A DNA stretch of 64,000 nt from Desulfatiglandales bacterium (GTDB lineage: Bacteria > Desulfobacterota > DSM-4660 > Desulfatiglandales > HGW-15). The translations under genes were made by a program, and so were the position numbers. Where the stretch lies: positions 384,001-448,000 of the forward strand of contig CAXXJJ010000001.1 of the NCBI GenBank assembly GCA_963667015.2, read 5' to 3'. The stretch's first letter is position 1; each line of letters opens with the position of its first letter. The notes below the pieces were generated by a model. That model had not been told where the DNA came from, searched no databases, and saw only the letters and a program-made list of their open reading frames with translations. Positions 10,640 to 20,417 of this stretch are shown in pieces.

Positions 10640-11110
10640 ATGAAAAAATTAAGCATATTTATATCTATCATCTCAATTATTTTTTGCCTGACATTATATG
10701 CCGAAGAGGAAAGAATCGTAAATTTCAGGATATTACCGGCATCGGTTCAGAAAACCGTCCTGGAATATGTAAATCGTAATGATATTACAAAAGTCGAATT
10801 AATTAAGGATGAAGGTGTGACTAAATATGAAATTGAAAGTGTCACAAACGGAAAAACACTGGATATTACTGTGGCAGAAAACGGTATTCCGCTTGAAATA
10901 GAAAAGGGGGTCTCTTTCTCTGAATTACCTTTGGAGGCACAAAGGGAAATAAACAAGGATTATCCGACGATAAAAACCAGTGATATAGAGAGTGTTAATC
11001 TGTTCTATTATGATGTTGAAGGACAGGTTGACGGGAAGAAAGTTAAATTTAAGGTGCTTCCATCCGGTGATATAGAGGATCTTGCTCCGGATAAAGATGA
11101 CGGGAAATGA
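10640..11110 (+). CDS. Secreted PepSY-like/BLIP-like repeat protein
   Basis: Signal peptide; two repeats of LP..VQ/AQ....Y.......VE....YEIE/YDVE...GK; AAGGAGG RBS. Confidence 0.7.
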   Translation: MKKLSIFISIISIIFCLTLYAEEERIVNFRILPASVQKTVLEYVNRNDITKVELIKDEGVTKYEIESVTNGKTLDITVAENGIPLEIEKGVSFSELPLEAQREINKDYPTIKTSDIESVNLFYYDVEGQVDGKKVKFKVLPSGDIEDLAPDKDDGK

Positions 11111-11173
11111 AAATAACTGGGACAGATTTCCATCGGAAACGCTGAAATACACGAATTAAGGTTTTGAATAATT

Positions 11174-12859
11174 ATGAGAAAGAATTCCAGGAATACACCG
11201 GAGAGAGAAATAACTGCAGATTTAAGAAATATCAGGGAAATGTCCAGTTTAAGACTGATTTTTTTAACGGCAATATTTTTTACGCTGTTTGACAACTTCG
11301 CATTTTTCAGGAGTCTCACGGCTACATACCCTGTTTCTCCTGGAAACATCCCCTTTCTGATATCGCTGGTAACATTTTTGGTTTTTCTAATTGTGATTCT
11401 GTTTTCACTTTTCTGCTTCAGGTACACAACAAAACCTATCCTGATTACCGTTCTAATAATATCTTCCATTGCCGCCTACTACATGGATACTTACAACATT
11501 GTTATTGACAGTACGATGATTCAGAATATTATGGAAACGGATACAGGAGAAGTCAGGGACCTGTTAACTGCAAGAATGTTTTTGTATCTGTTTTTCGCAG
11601 GAATATTACCTTCCATAATTATCTATAAAATAAAAATCAGATATAAACCCCTGATAAAAGAATTACTTACAAAGCTTATAGTTGTTATAACTTCAATTTT
11701 AATTATTCTAGTACTGGTCCTTTCAATGAGTGATTTTTATACCTCTTTTATAAGGGCGCATCAGAAAATAAGGCGATATACAAACCCTGTTACCTATATC
11801 TATTATACAGGCAGATATATCTCTGAAAATATGGATAAAGGTGAAGTCCAGGTGAACCCTATAGGCACCGATGCAAAAATATCAGAAACCGATAATGACA
11901 GGGAATTGGTTATACTGGTGGTTGGTGAGGCTGCCAGGGCAGATAGATTTTCACTAAACGGCTACCATAAGGAAACCAACCCGCTGCTTGAAAAAGAAGA
12001 TGTTATAAACTTTCCTGACATGCACTCCTGCGGAACATCCACTGCCGTTTCCGTTCCCTGTATGTTTTCTATTTTTAAAAGGGCGGAATATTCTGAGAAC
12101 AGGGCAAAGCATACATACAATATTTTAGATGTGTTACAAAAGGCAGGTGTAAATATCCTCTGGAGAGAAAACAATTCCAGTTCAAAGGGTGTAGCAGACA
12201 GGATTCCTTTTGAAAACTATAAAACTCCTGAAAATAATACTGTTTGCGATGTCGAATGCAGGGATGAAGGAATGCTAGTCGGGCTGCAGGAATATATCAA
12301 CAGTAAAAAAACAGGAGATATATTGATTGTCCTTCATCAGCGGGGTAATCACGGCCCCCTCTACTATAAAAGATATCCTCAATCCTTTGAAAAATTCAAA
12401 CCTGCCTGCAGAAGCAATGAACTCCAGGAATGCACCCGTGAAGAGCTCGATAATGTCTATGATAACGCAATCCTTTATACCGATTATTTCCTCTCAAAGG
12501 TAATAGCCCTGTTAAAACAGAATTCTCAATTTGAAACAGCCATGTTCTACGTCAGTGATCACGGTGAATCTCTTGGTGAAAATAACCTGTACCTGCATGG
12601 CATACCCTATTTTATGGCGCCGGAAACACAGACGCATATACCGGCCATAATGTGGTTAGGGCAGAACTTTGAGATAAACAGAGAAATTTTAAAGAAAATC
12701 GCAAAAGAAGGGTATTCACATGATAATCTTTTTCATACCTTGCTTGGATTGATGGAAGTTGACACATCACTTTATGATAAGAATATGGATATGTTAAAGC
12801 CTGCGAAAGACATCTCATTAGCTGAAGAGAGCGGTAGTTTAAAAAACAATGAAGAATGA
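11174..12859 (+). CDS. eptA: Lipid A phosphoethanolamine transferase, copy 1
   Basis: Five TM helices plus sulfatase-like domain: VVGEAARAD, SCGTSTAVSVPCMF, HQRGNHG, YDNAILYTD, SDHGESLGE. Confidence 0.93.
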   Translation: MRKNSRNTPEREITADLRNIREMSSLRLIFLTAIFFTLFDNFAFFRSLTATYPVSPGNIPFLISLVTFLVFLIVILFSLFCFRYTTKPILITVLIISSIAAYYMDTYNIVIDSTMIQNIMETDTGEVRDLLTARMFLYLFFAGILPSIIIYKIKIRYKPLIKELLTKLIVVITSILIILVLVLSMSDFYTSFIRAHQKIRRYTNPVTYIYYTGRYISENMDKGEVQVNPIGTDAKISETDNDRELVILVVGEAARADRFSLNGYHKETNPLLEKEDVINFPDMHSCGTSTAVSVPCMFSIFKRAEYSENRAKHTYNILDVLQKAGVNILWRENNSSSKGVADRIPFENYKTPENNTVCDVECRDEGMLVGLQEYINSKKTGDILIVLHQRGNHGPLYYKRYPQSFEKFKPACRSNELQECTREELDNVYDNAILYTDYFLSKVIALLKQNSQFETAMFYVSDHGESLGENNLYLHGIPYFMAPETQTHIPAIMWLGQNFEINREILKKIAKEGYSHDNLFHTLLGLMEVDTSLYDKNMDMLKPAKDISLAEESGSLKNNEE

Positions 12860-12939
12860 TATTATAATAATTTATTGGATACCAATATTTAGTGCCTTTA
12901 TGAAACTCGTAATTTCTCATTGTTTCGGAGGATGACAAT

Positions 12940-14355
12940 ATGATTATACATCCCAGACTGTTAGTAATGGTTCTGGTGATTTCACTTGCAGGTTTTATCT
13001 TTAATGGATGTACACATTTTGAGGCCAAACCGCTGGTTGCATCAGAGAATCTTGCCAGAATGGAACAGCGTTCTTTAATGGATTCGGATCTTCGCAAATT
13101 TGTGGAGACAAACATGCATAAAACATTCACTGAATGGCCGCCCGATCCTATAGATTTCGAAATCTTGACGCTCGTAGCCCTGTACTTAAACCCTGAACTG
13201 AATGTGGCCAGGGCAAAAAGCTATGAAGCCCTTTCCGCAGAGATTTCTGCCGGGGAACGGCCTCAACCCTCAATTTCTTTTAGTCCCGCATATAACAGTT
13301 CAACACCTTCAGGAGGAGGATCTCCATGGGTTCTGGGGTTAAGCTTCGACCTTCCCATAGAGCTTTTCAGAAAAAGAAGTTACAGAATATCCGAAGCCCG
13401 GCATCTTACAGATGCTGCAAAACTGGCAATTGCTGAAAAAGCATGGGAAATAAGAACAGACCTGAAAAAAAATATGATAGCCCTGTGGCAGGCCAGAGAG
13501 GAAGAGCTGCTTGCAAGACAAAAATCGGAAACCATGGACGAACTTGTCCGGATCATGTCTGCCCGATTTGAGGCAGGAGATATAAGTAAAAATGAACTGA
13601 TACCTGTGCAGCTTTCAGCACAACAGGCTCATATTGAATATTCGGCTGTAAAAGGTGGTACAGCTGGTATCCTTATCAACCTGGAAGGGGTGGCGGGACT
13701 GGCGCCCCATGCGCTGGATGGATTGAATATCGAGCTCTCATGCTTTGAGCAGGCTCCTCCGGAAATCCCCTCATCATCAGCCAGACGCATGGCCCTTTTA
13801 AATAGGGCTGATGTTTTGAGTTCCATTGCAGAGTATGAAGCCATTGAATCTTTATTGCGGTTTGAGATTGCAAAGCAGTACCCTGACCTTAATTTAAGCC
13901 CGGGCTATGAATATGATCAGGGTGACAATAAATGGCAACTCGGATTTCAACTGACGCTGCCGTTATTCAACCGCAACCGTGGCGCAATTGCAGAGGCGGA
14001 GGCCAGAAGAACTACGGCATCCGCAAAGTTCAATGCCCTGCAGGCGAACATCTTGAATGATATAGAGTATTCAATAGCCGTATTCAGGAGTGAACAGGAT
14101 AAACTTGAAGGCGCGGTGTCAGCCCTTGATAGTTACAAAAAACAGGCGGAATTTGTCAAAAAGCAATATGAGGTTGGGGAGGTTGATAAACAGGCCGTGA
14201 TTTCATCACGCCTGGAGGTTATAAATGCGGCATCAATTAAACTCGATTCCCAGATTAAGATGCAGGAATCTCTGGCAGATATTGAACAAACGCTCCAGAC
14301 GCCCTTAAACGCATCAGCCTTACCGATTGCTTCTATACTAACGGAGGTAAAATGA
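12940..14355 (+). CDS. TolC-family outer-membrane efflux lipoprotein
   Basis: Lipobox FNGC; YPDLNLSPGY and LTLPLFNRNRG outer-membrane-efflux repeats. Confidence 0.88.
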   Translation: MIIHPRLLVMVLVISLAGFIFNGCTHFEAKPLVASENLARMEQRSLMDSDLRKFVETNMHKTFTEWPPDPIDFEILTLVALYLNPELNVARAKSYEALSAEISAGERPQPSISFSPAYNSSTPSGGGSPWVLGLSFDLPIELFRKRSYRISEARHLTDAAKLAIAEKAWEIRTDLKKNMIALWQAREEELLARQKSETMDELVRIMSARFEAGDISKNELIPVQLSAQQAHIEYSAVKGGTAGILINLEGVAGLAPHALDGLNIELSCFEQAPPEIPSSSARRMALLNRADVLSSIAEYEAIESLLRFEIAKQYPDLNLSPGYEYDQGDNKWQLGFQLTLPLFNRNRGAIAEAEARRTTASAKFNALQANILNDIEYSIAVFRSEQDKLEGAVSALDSYKKQAEFVKKQYEVGEVDKQAVISSRLEVINAASIKLDSQIKMQESLADIEQTLQTPLNASALPIASILTEVK

Positions 14356-15428
14356 AGATCAGATTAAAAATCATAGCAACCATTTTGGCAGGGGCTGTTT
14401 TCTCACTGGTATTCCTCCAAAACGTGGAAAGTGAGGATGAAAATACTGAGCCTCAGGTAGATGTATCTGTCTCAAAAATCCAGAAAGCTACCTTACGGTC
14501 ATATGTTACCGGTTACGGACATGTTGAAGCAGAACCCGCGATAGAGGGTCGATCATCGGCAGGAGCTAAAATAACTTCGTCTGTTGCCGGGATAATTACA
14601 GAGATCAAATGCTATGAAGGTCTTGTTGTTAAAAAGGGGGCCGTATTATTTTTGCTGGACAGTCGTATTGCCGAGGCTGAACTCAAGAAGGCAAAACAGG
14701 CTATGGCATTTGCTGAAAAGTCATTTCAACGACAGAAGGAGCTTCAACAATCAGATGCGACTTCTGACAAGATTTTTCAGGAAATGGAGAACCAGCTTGC
14801 AGTTGCAAAGAACGATCTTGCCGCAGCGCAGACAAATCTTTCATATTACAGAGTTTCCGCACCATTTTCCGGAACCATAATCAGCCTCATGGTCAGCCCT
14901 GGAGAATATATCGATTCAAACATGATTATGGCTGAAGTTATAGACCTGTCACGTCTTGTGGCGGTTGTTAATATCCCTGTTTCAGAGGCATCCGATTTAA
15001 GGTCCGGGCAATCTGTCGAAATCAAGACAGATAACAGCAGTTTACCTGTGTCCGGCAGGCTGTTATTTTTATCACCTGGTGTTGACGCTGCTTCCGGCTC
15101 AGTGACTGCTTATATCAGTCTCCCTCCGAATTCGGGCCTAAAACCGGGCCGGTTTGTAAGCGCCAGGATCATATCAAATGAGCGGGACTGTCTTGCTGTC
15201 CCCACAGAGAGCCTGGTCAGGGACCCTGAGGATGGATGGATAATCTCAGTTGTGGCGGAGGGCAGATCAAAACGCATAAAGGTAAAGACCGGATTGCGCG
15301 ATAATGGAAAGGTCCAAGTGGATGCGGAAGGACTCAAAGATGATATGACTGTAATTACCCTTGGGACATATGCCCTTCCCGATGACACAAAGGTTAATAT
15401 TATTGAAAAGGTGGCAGGGGAGAAATAA
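14352..15428 (+). CDS. RND efflux periplasmic adaptor
   Basis: Lipoyl halves (ITSSVAGII, VSAPFSGTI) flanking a coiled coil; LKPGRFV. Confidence 0.9.
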   Translation: MKIRLKIIATILAGAVFSLVFLQNVESEDENTEPQVDVSVSKIQKATLRSYVTGYGHVEAEPAIEGRSSAGAKITSSVAGIITEIKCYEGLVVKKGAVLFLLDSRIAEAELKKAKQAMAFAEKSFQRQKELQQSDATSDKIFQEMENQLAVAKNDLAAAQTNLSYYRVSAPFSGTIISLMVSPGEYIDSNMIMAEVIDLSRLVAVVNIPVSEASDLRSGQSVEIKTDNSSLPVSGRLLFLSPGVDAASGSVTAYISLPPNSGLKPGRFVSARIISNERDCLAVPTESLVRDPEDGWIISVVAEGRSKRIKVKTGLRDNGKVQVDAEGLKDDMTVITLGTYALPDDTKVNIIEKVAGEK

Positions 15429-15430
15429 TA

Positions 15431-18400
15431 ATGACGATTATCAGGACCTCGCTATTAGGCCGCCTGGCAGTTCATCATGCTAAAGCTCTTATTTTTGGCA
15501 TCCTGATATTGTGTCTGGCCGGTGTATATTCTGCATGGAACATACCGTCTTCAGTGTTTCCTCAGACCAATTTCCCCCGTGTGGTTATTCTTGTTGATAA
15601 TGGAGTAATGCCCGGAGATGAAATGATGGCAACGATCACACGCCCCATTGAAGAAGCCATGAAAGATATACCCGGGGCAAAAGAGATTAAGTCCGTGACC
15701 GGCAGAGGCTCTGCTGAAATCAGCATCTTTTTTAACTGGCAGGTAGATATGATTCAATCCGAATTATATGTGCTCGGGCGTCTCAGTGAAATAAGGGCCA
15801 CACTGCCTGCTGAAGCCAGTACCACGGTATGGAGATTGACCTTTTCAGCCTTTCCCATAATAGGCGTAAGTCTCACCAGCCCGGATAGGGATATAATTGA
15901 GGTATGGGAGACTGCCCGCTACATGATGAAGCCTAGGTTTTTACGCATACAGGGAGTTGCAAGGGTAGACCTTGTAGGTGGACGGGCTCCTGAATATCAT
16001 GTGGTTGTTGATCCAATAAAGTTGAATTCAGCCGGCATCGGTTTGAATCAGGTGACCGATGCACTGGAAAAAAATAACCTGATCGCGCCGGCAGGTATGC
16101 ACGAGGAAAACTACACCCTCTACCTGACGGTTGTTGACGGGCGTGTTCGAACACAGGAGGAGGTAGAAAACCTAAGTATTGGTGTGGTTAACGGAAGACA
16201 GTTTTTCATTAAAGATTTTGCATCTGTTAAAAGAGGGCCGGAACCGGTATTTAATGTTGTTACAGCCGAGGGTGTTCCAGCGGTTTTGCTTAATATCCGG
16301 AGTCAGCCTGACGGCAGCACCCTGGATATAGCCGGAGATCTTCAGGAAGAAATCGCACAATTAAAAAAGGATCTTCCCCCTGATTATAAGATTGCCTATT
16401 ATTATGATCAGTCTCAATTTGTCCGGGCATCGGTCGGATCAGTATGGGAATGCATCATTATGGGCCTGATATTTTCAGTGTTTATTCTCTTTATGTTTCT
16501 AAAAAAGCTGGGCAGCACCTTTGTGGCAATCCTGGTAATTCCCATTACAATCCTGACAACTTTTGTTGTCATGCACATATTAGGATTGAGTTATAACCTG
16601 ATGACCCTTGGAGGAATAGCCGCGGGGATAGGACTGATTATAGATGATGCCATTGTCGTGGTGGAGGCGATTCACACTAAAATGATCAGCGGGCTGAATA
16701 GTTCGGATGCTATTATTCAGGGGTTGGGGGAGATATTAAAACCGCTTACTGCATCAACTCTTACACCTGTTGTTGTATTCATCCCCCTTGCCTTCCTGAG
16801 CGGAATCACCGGCGTATTTTTTAGGGCACTGGCTTTAACCATGGTTGTTTCATTGCTCATGTCTCTGGTCCTGGCTGTAACAATAACGCCAAGCCTTGCA
16901 GCATGGCTGATGAGAGGAAAGTCGAAAGTTGAGGGTAAACCCCATTTATCTGACGAAGGATTCATTCTTAAACGCGCCATCATTCTATACGAAAAGGCCA
17001 TCCGTCTCGTCCTTCGTCATTATTTGAAGGTTTTAACGGTCTGCCTTCTTGTAATGCTTGGCGGGTATTTCATGTTTTCCGGGTTGGAGACTAACTTTCT
17101 TCCCCATATGGATGAAGGCGGTTTTGTCATTGATTATGTCGCACCATGGGGCACAAGCCTGACTGAGACAGACCGTCAGCTCCGTCAGGCCGAGGAGATC
17201 ATAAGGGCTACCCCGGAAGTGGAAAGCTATTCGCGCAGGACAGGTGCCCGTCTCGCCCTGGCGATTGCCGAGCCTAATACAGGGGATTATCTGGTAAAAT
17301 TAAAGAACGATCGCAAAAGAAGCACTGAGGAGGTAATTTCATATCTCAGATCAAATTTTAATTCCAAAGTGCCGGGCATCGAATGGGAATTTCCAGGGAT
17401 ATTGGGCGACCTTATCGGTGATTTAACATGGTCACCTGAACCCATTGAGATAAAACTGTTTTCCACGGATCAGGAGTTTCTTATTAATAAAGCCCCGGTC
17501 ATTGAAGAAAGGCTGGCAGGAATAAAGGGTGTTGTCGACAGTAATAACGGGTTAGTTTACACGGGCCCTTCAATAAGCCTTAAGGTGTGTTCAGTCGATG
17601 CTCAGAGATTCGGCATGACTTCAAAGGACATTTCCGATGCAGTTAACGTTGCCATGCTGGGAAAGACTTCCTCAAGCGTTCTTGAAGGAGACAGGATTGT
17701 AGATATAAGGGTTATTGTTGATTCAGTTAGCATTAACACCATCGATGCATTAAAAACCCTTCCTCTGCGCACATCCACAGGTGTACTTGTCAAGCTCTCG
17801 CAGGTCGCCGATGTGGTTGAGACACCTGGACAGCTTGAGCTTAGAAGGGAGGATCTAAGGCAGGATGTCGCCATTACCGCCAGGCTTGAAGGGCGCGATC
17901 TGGGAAGTGCAATGAAGGAAATTCAACAGATCCTCAGTGAGGACAAATCGATTCCACCCGGAACAATTGAATTCGGGGGACTCTATCAGCAGCAGCAGGA
18001 ATCCTTCCGAAACCTCCTGATGGTTCTTTTAATGGCAATACTCCTGGTTTTTGTTGTTCTTCTGGTTGAGTTCAGGTCTTTCATGCAGGCATTTTCTATT
18101 ATTATCGGTGCTGTTCTGGCTACATTTGGTTCGGTTTTCGCACTCTGGATAACAAAAACCGATCTGAATGTTGTGTCATTTCTTGGAATTATCATAGGTA
18201 TAGGTATTGTGGCAAAGAACGGGATACTTATGCTGGACCGGGTTGATTGTCTTCTCGCAGAGAATATGACAATCGAGGAAGCCCTTGTGCAGTCAGGCAG
18301 GAGAAGACTGCGGCCGGTCCTCATGACGTCATTCGCCGCCATGCTTGGAATGCTTCCCCTGGCATGGGGAGTAGGGATCGGCTCAGACATGCTAAGGCCC

Positions 18401-18520
18401 ATGGCGATCACAGTAATAGGTGCTCTCTTTATATCGGTATTGTTATCCCTGGTGGCAACACCGGCGATCTATTATTTTATGATAAAGGTAAGGTTGGGAT
18501 TTTCTTTTTATAAGGAATAA
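15431..18520 (+). CDS. RND efflux permease (AcrB/CusA family)
   Basis: 1029 aa; GLIIDDAIVVVE, KNGILM, RRRLRPVLMT. Confidence 0.95.
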   Translation: MTIIRTSLLGRLAVHHAKALIFGILILCLAGVYSAWNIPSSVFPQTNFPRVVILVDNGVMPGDEMMATITRPIEEAMKDIPGAKEIKSVTGRGSAEISIFFNWQVDMIQSELYVLGRLSEIRATLPAEASTTVWRLTFSAFPIIGVSLTSPDRDIIEVWETARYMMKPRFLRIQGVARVDLVGGRAPEYHVVVDPIKLNSAGIGLNQVTDALEKNNLIAPAGMHEENYTLYLTVVDGRVRTQEEVENLSIGVVNGRQFFIKDFASVKRGPEPVFNVVTAEGVPAVLLNIRSQPDGSTLDIAGDLQEEIAQLKKDLPPDYKIAYYYDQSQFVRASVGSVWECIIMGLIFSVFILFMFLKKLGSTFVAILVIPITILTTFVVMHILGLSYNLMTLGGIAAGIGLIIDDAIVVVEAIHTKMISGLNSSDAIIQGLGEILKPLTASTLTPVVVFIPLAFLSGITGVFFRALALTMVVSLLMSLVLAVTITPSLAAWLMRGKSKVEGKPHLSDEGFILKRAIILYEKAIRLVLRHYLKVLTVCLLVMLGGYFMFSGLETNFLPHMDEGGFVIDYVAPWGTSLTETDRQLRQAEEIIRATPEVESYSRRTGARLALAIAEPNTGDYLVKLKNDRKRSTEEVISYLRSNFNSKVPGIEWEFPGILGDLIGDLTWSPEPIEIKLFSTDQEFLINKAPVIEERLAGIKGVVDSNNGLVYTGPSISLKVCSVDAQRFGMTSKDISDAVNVAMLGKTSSSVLEGDRIVDIRVIVDSVSINTIDALKTLPLRTSTGVLVKLSQVADVVETPGQLELRREDLRQDVAITARLEGRDLGSAMKEIQQILSEDKSIPPGTIEFGGLYQQQQESFRNLLMVLLMAILLVFVVLLVEFRSFMQAFSIIIGAVLATFGSVFALWITKTDLNVVSFLGIIIGIGIVAKNGILMLDRVDCLLAENMTIEEALVQSGRRRLRPVLMTSFAAMLGMLPLAWGVGIGSDMLRPMAITVIGALFISVLLSLVATPAIYYFMIKVRLGFSFYKE

Positions 18521-18638
18521 AGGGCTGATCACAAGAATGATTCTGAAAGCTGATACTAAATATATGCGGGCGGGAATACTTATTCCTCCATTCTATAGCC
18601 TTATACAATTATTTATTGATGTGAGACAAGGAGGCGAA

Positions 18639-20342
18639 ATGCATTGTTTGCAAAAAAAGAGTAGATTCCTGATTAAACCTGTAAAAGGCAGAGCCCTGAC
18701 TGCGGCTGTTTCAACAGTTATTTTCCTTTTCGCTCTCTCGGTAGATGGGCAGGACAATCCGTCTCCGACCTCAGAATTAGATGTTTCGGAGAGTGTGAGC
18801 CCTGAGATACCAGTGTCTCAAGATGCCATAATCGGAAAGATATTAATAGAAAACCAGAATGTTTTTGACCTTGATAATCCATTGGAAGACAGATGGCTTT
18901 TTAGATTAGCAAATTTTTTGCATATCAGGACCAGGCCAAAGGTTATCCGCAGGCAGCTGCTGTTTAAAGAGGGCGACCCATACTCCATAAGGGATATTGA
19001 GGAAAGTGCCCGTATACTTCGCAGCAATCATTATATTGGAGACGCTGAGATTGAACCCATCCGATATGAGGACGGCGTTGTTGATTTAAAGGTTAAAACG
19101 AGAGATGTATGGACTATCAGCGGAGGCCCTTCATACGGAAGACGTGGCGGGACCAATACCGGCGGATTATCGCTGGAGGAAAAAAACCTGCTGGGCACCG
19201 GTACCATACTTGGCTTTAGATACAAGTCGACACTTGATCGTGATATAAAGGCCATAAATGTCGAGAATAATCATTTAGGAGGGAGTCTTTACGAGGCCGC
19301 CATTGCATATGCTGACAACAGTGATGGTTATGAGCGTTATCTGCGATTCGGTCAGCCATTTTTTTCACTCGACAGCAGAGGTTCTATTGGCGGTTCTTAT
19401 CTCTCAGTAGAGAGGACTGATTCGCTCTACGACCGGGGAGAGATTGTTGCAGAGTTTGATCATAAACTTGCCCATTATGAAATGAATTTCGGATGGTCAA
19501 AGGGGCTCAGGGACGGATGGACCCGTCGCCTCACAACCGGTGTTATATATGATGATCACAGGTTTTCAGCAATCCCTGACGATGCCCTGTCCGAAACCGT
19601 TTTACCGCAGGACAGGGAATACCTGTTTCCTTACCTGGGATTGGAGATAATAGAGGACAGTTATGAGACTATCAAAAACTTCAACCGCATTCAGGAGACT
19701 GAAGACCTTCATCTGGGCACACGGTTCTACGCGAAACTGGGGTATTCGAACGAATCCGCAGGATCTTCCGCAAGCGGATTCCATTTTAATGCGGAGTTAA
19801 GTGATGGTTTGAGGCTCCACGAAAAAGGTACCATACTGCTGGGATGGAAGCTTGGCGGGCGTTTAATGTCAGGCAGCAGTGAAGATGTCAGGTTTTCAGC
19901 TTACTCGAATTACCACTGGCGTCAATCCCCTCGCTGGATGTTTTATGCCGGTCTCAATGGTACAGTCGGCCACAATCTGGATCAGGACAATCAATTGCTT
20001 CTGGGAGGCGATAACGGGCTGCGGGGCTACCCTATAAGGTACCAGGGCGGGGAAGCCACAGCATTATTAACTGTTGAAGAAAGAATGTTTACTGACTGGT
20101 ATCCATTCCGGCTGTTTCGTATAGGCGGTGCTGTATTTTTTGATGCAGGCCGGGCCTGGGGAAATAATTCGGTTGGTGCTGAGAACCTGGGACTGTTAAA
20201 GGATGTGGGCATCGGGCTCAGAATCGGAAATTCCCGTTCAGGTGTCGGGCGCATGGTCCATATTGATCTTGCATTTCCTCTGGATGGTGAATCGAGCATA
20301 GACAGTATGCAGCTTGTAGTGGAAGCAAAGATCGGATTTTAA
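18639..20342 (+). CDS. Omp85/BamA-TamA family outer-membrane protein
   Basis: Signal peptide, POTRA-like TRPKVIRRQLLFKEGD, LRGY motif, C-terminal Phe; AAGGAGG RBS before ATG 18639. Confidence 0.85.
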   Translation: MHCLQKKSRFLIKPVKGRALTAAVSTVIFLFALSVDGQDNPSPTSELDVSESVSPEIPVSQDAIIGKILIENQNVFDLDNPLEDRWLFRLANFLHIRTRPKVIRRQLLFKEGDPYSIRDIEESARILRSNHYIGDAEIEPIRYEDGVVDLKVKTRDVWTISGGPSYGRRGGTNTGGLSLEEKNLLGTGTILGFRYKSTLDRDIKAINVENNHLGGSLYEAAIAYADNSDGYERYLRFGQPFFSLDSRGSIGGSYLSVERTDSLYDRGEIVAEFDHKLAHYEMNFGWSKGLRDGWTRRLTTGVIYDDHRFSAIPDDALSETVLPQDREYLFPYLGLEIIEDSYETIKNFNRIQETEDLHLGTRFYAKLGYSNESAGSSASGFHFNAELSDGLRLHEKGTILLGWKLGGRLMSGSSEDVRFSAYSNYHWRQSPRWMFYAGLNGTVGHNLDQDNQLLLGGDNGLRGYPIRYQGGEATALLTVEERMFTDWYPFRLFRIGGAVFFDAGRAWGNNSVGAENLGLLKDVGIGLRIGNSRSGVGRMVHIDLAFPLDGESSIDSMQLVVEAKIGF

Positions 20343-20417
20343 ACGGCATTCAGGTACAAGTCTAAAGCCTGTTTAATATAGATACAGTTTAAGCTCTTCT
20401 TATTCAGAAGTAAAGGA

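Noticed and set aside
20388..20404. Degenerate third PmrA-like box (TTTAAG-N5-CTTATT) before eptA copy 2
   Set aside because: Several mismatches and no -10 element at the 11-bp spacing seen in the other two.
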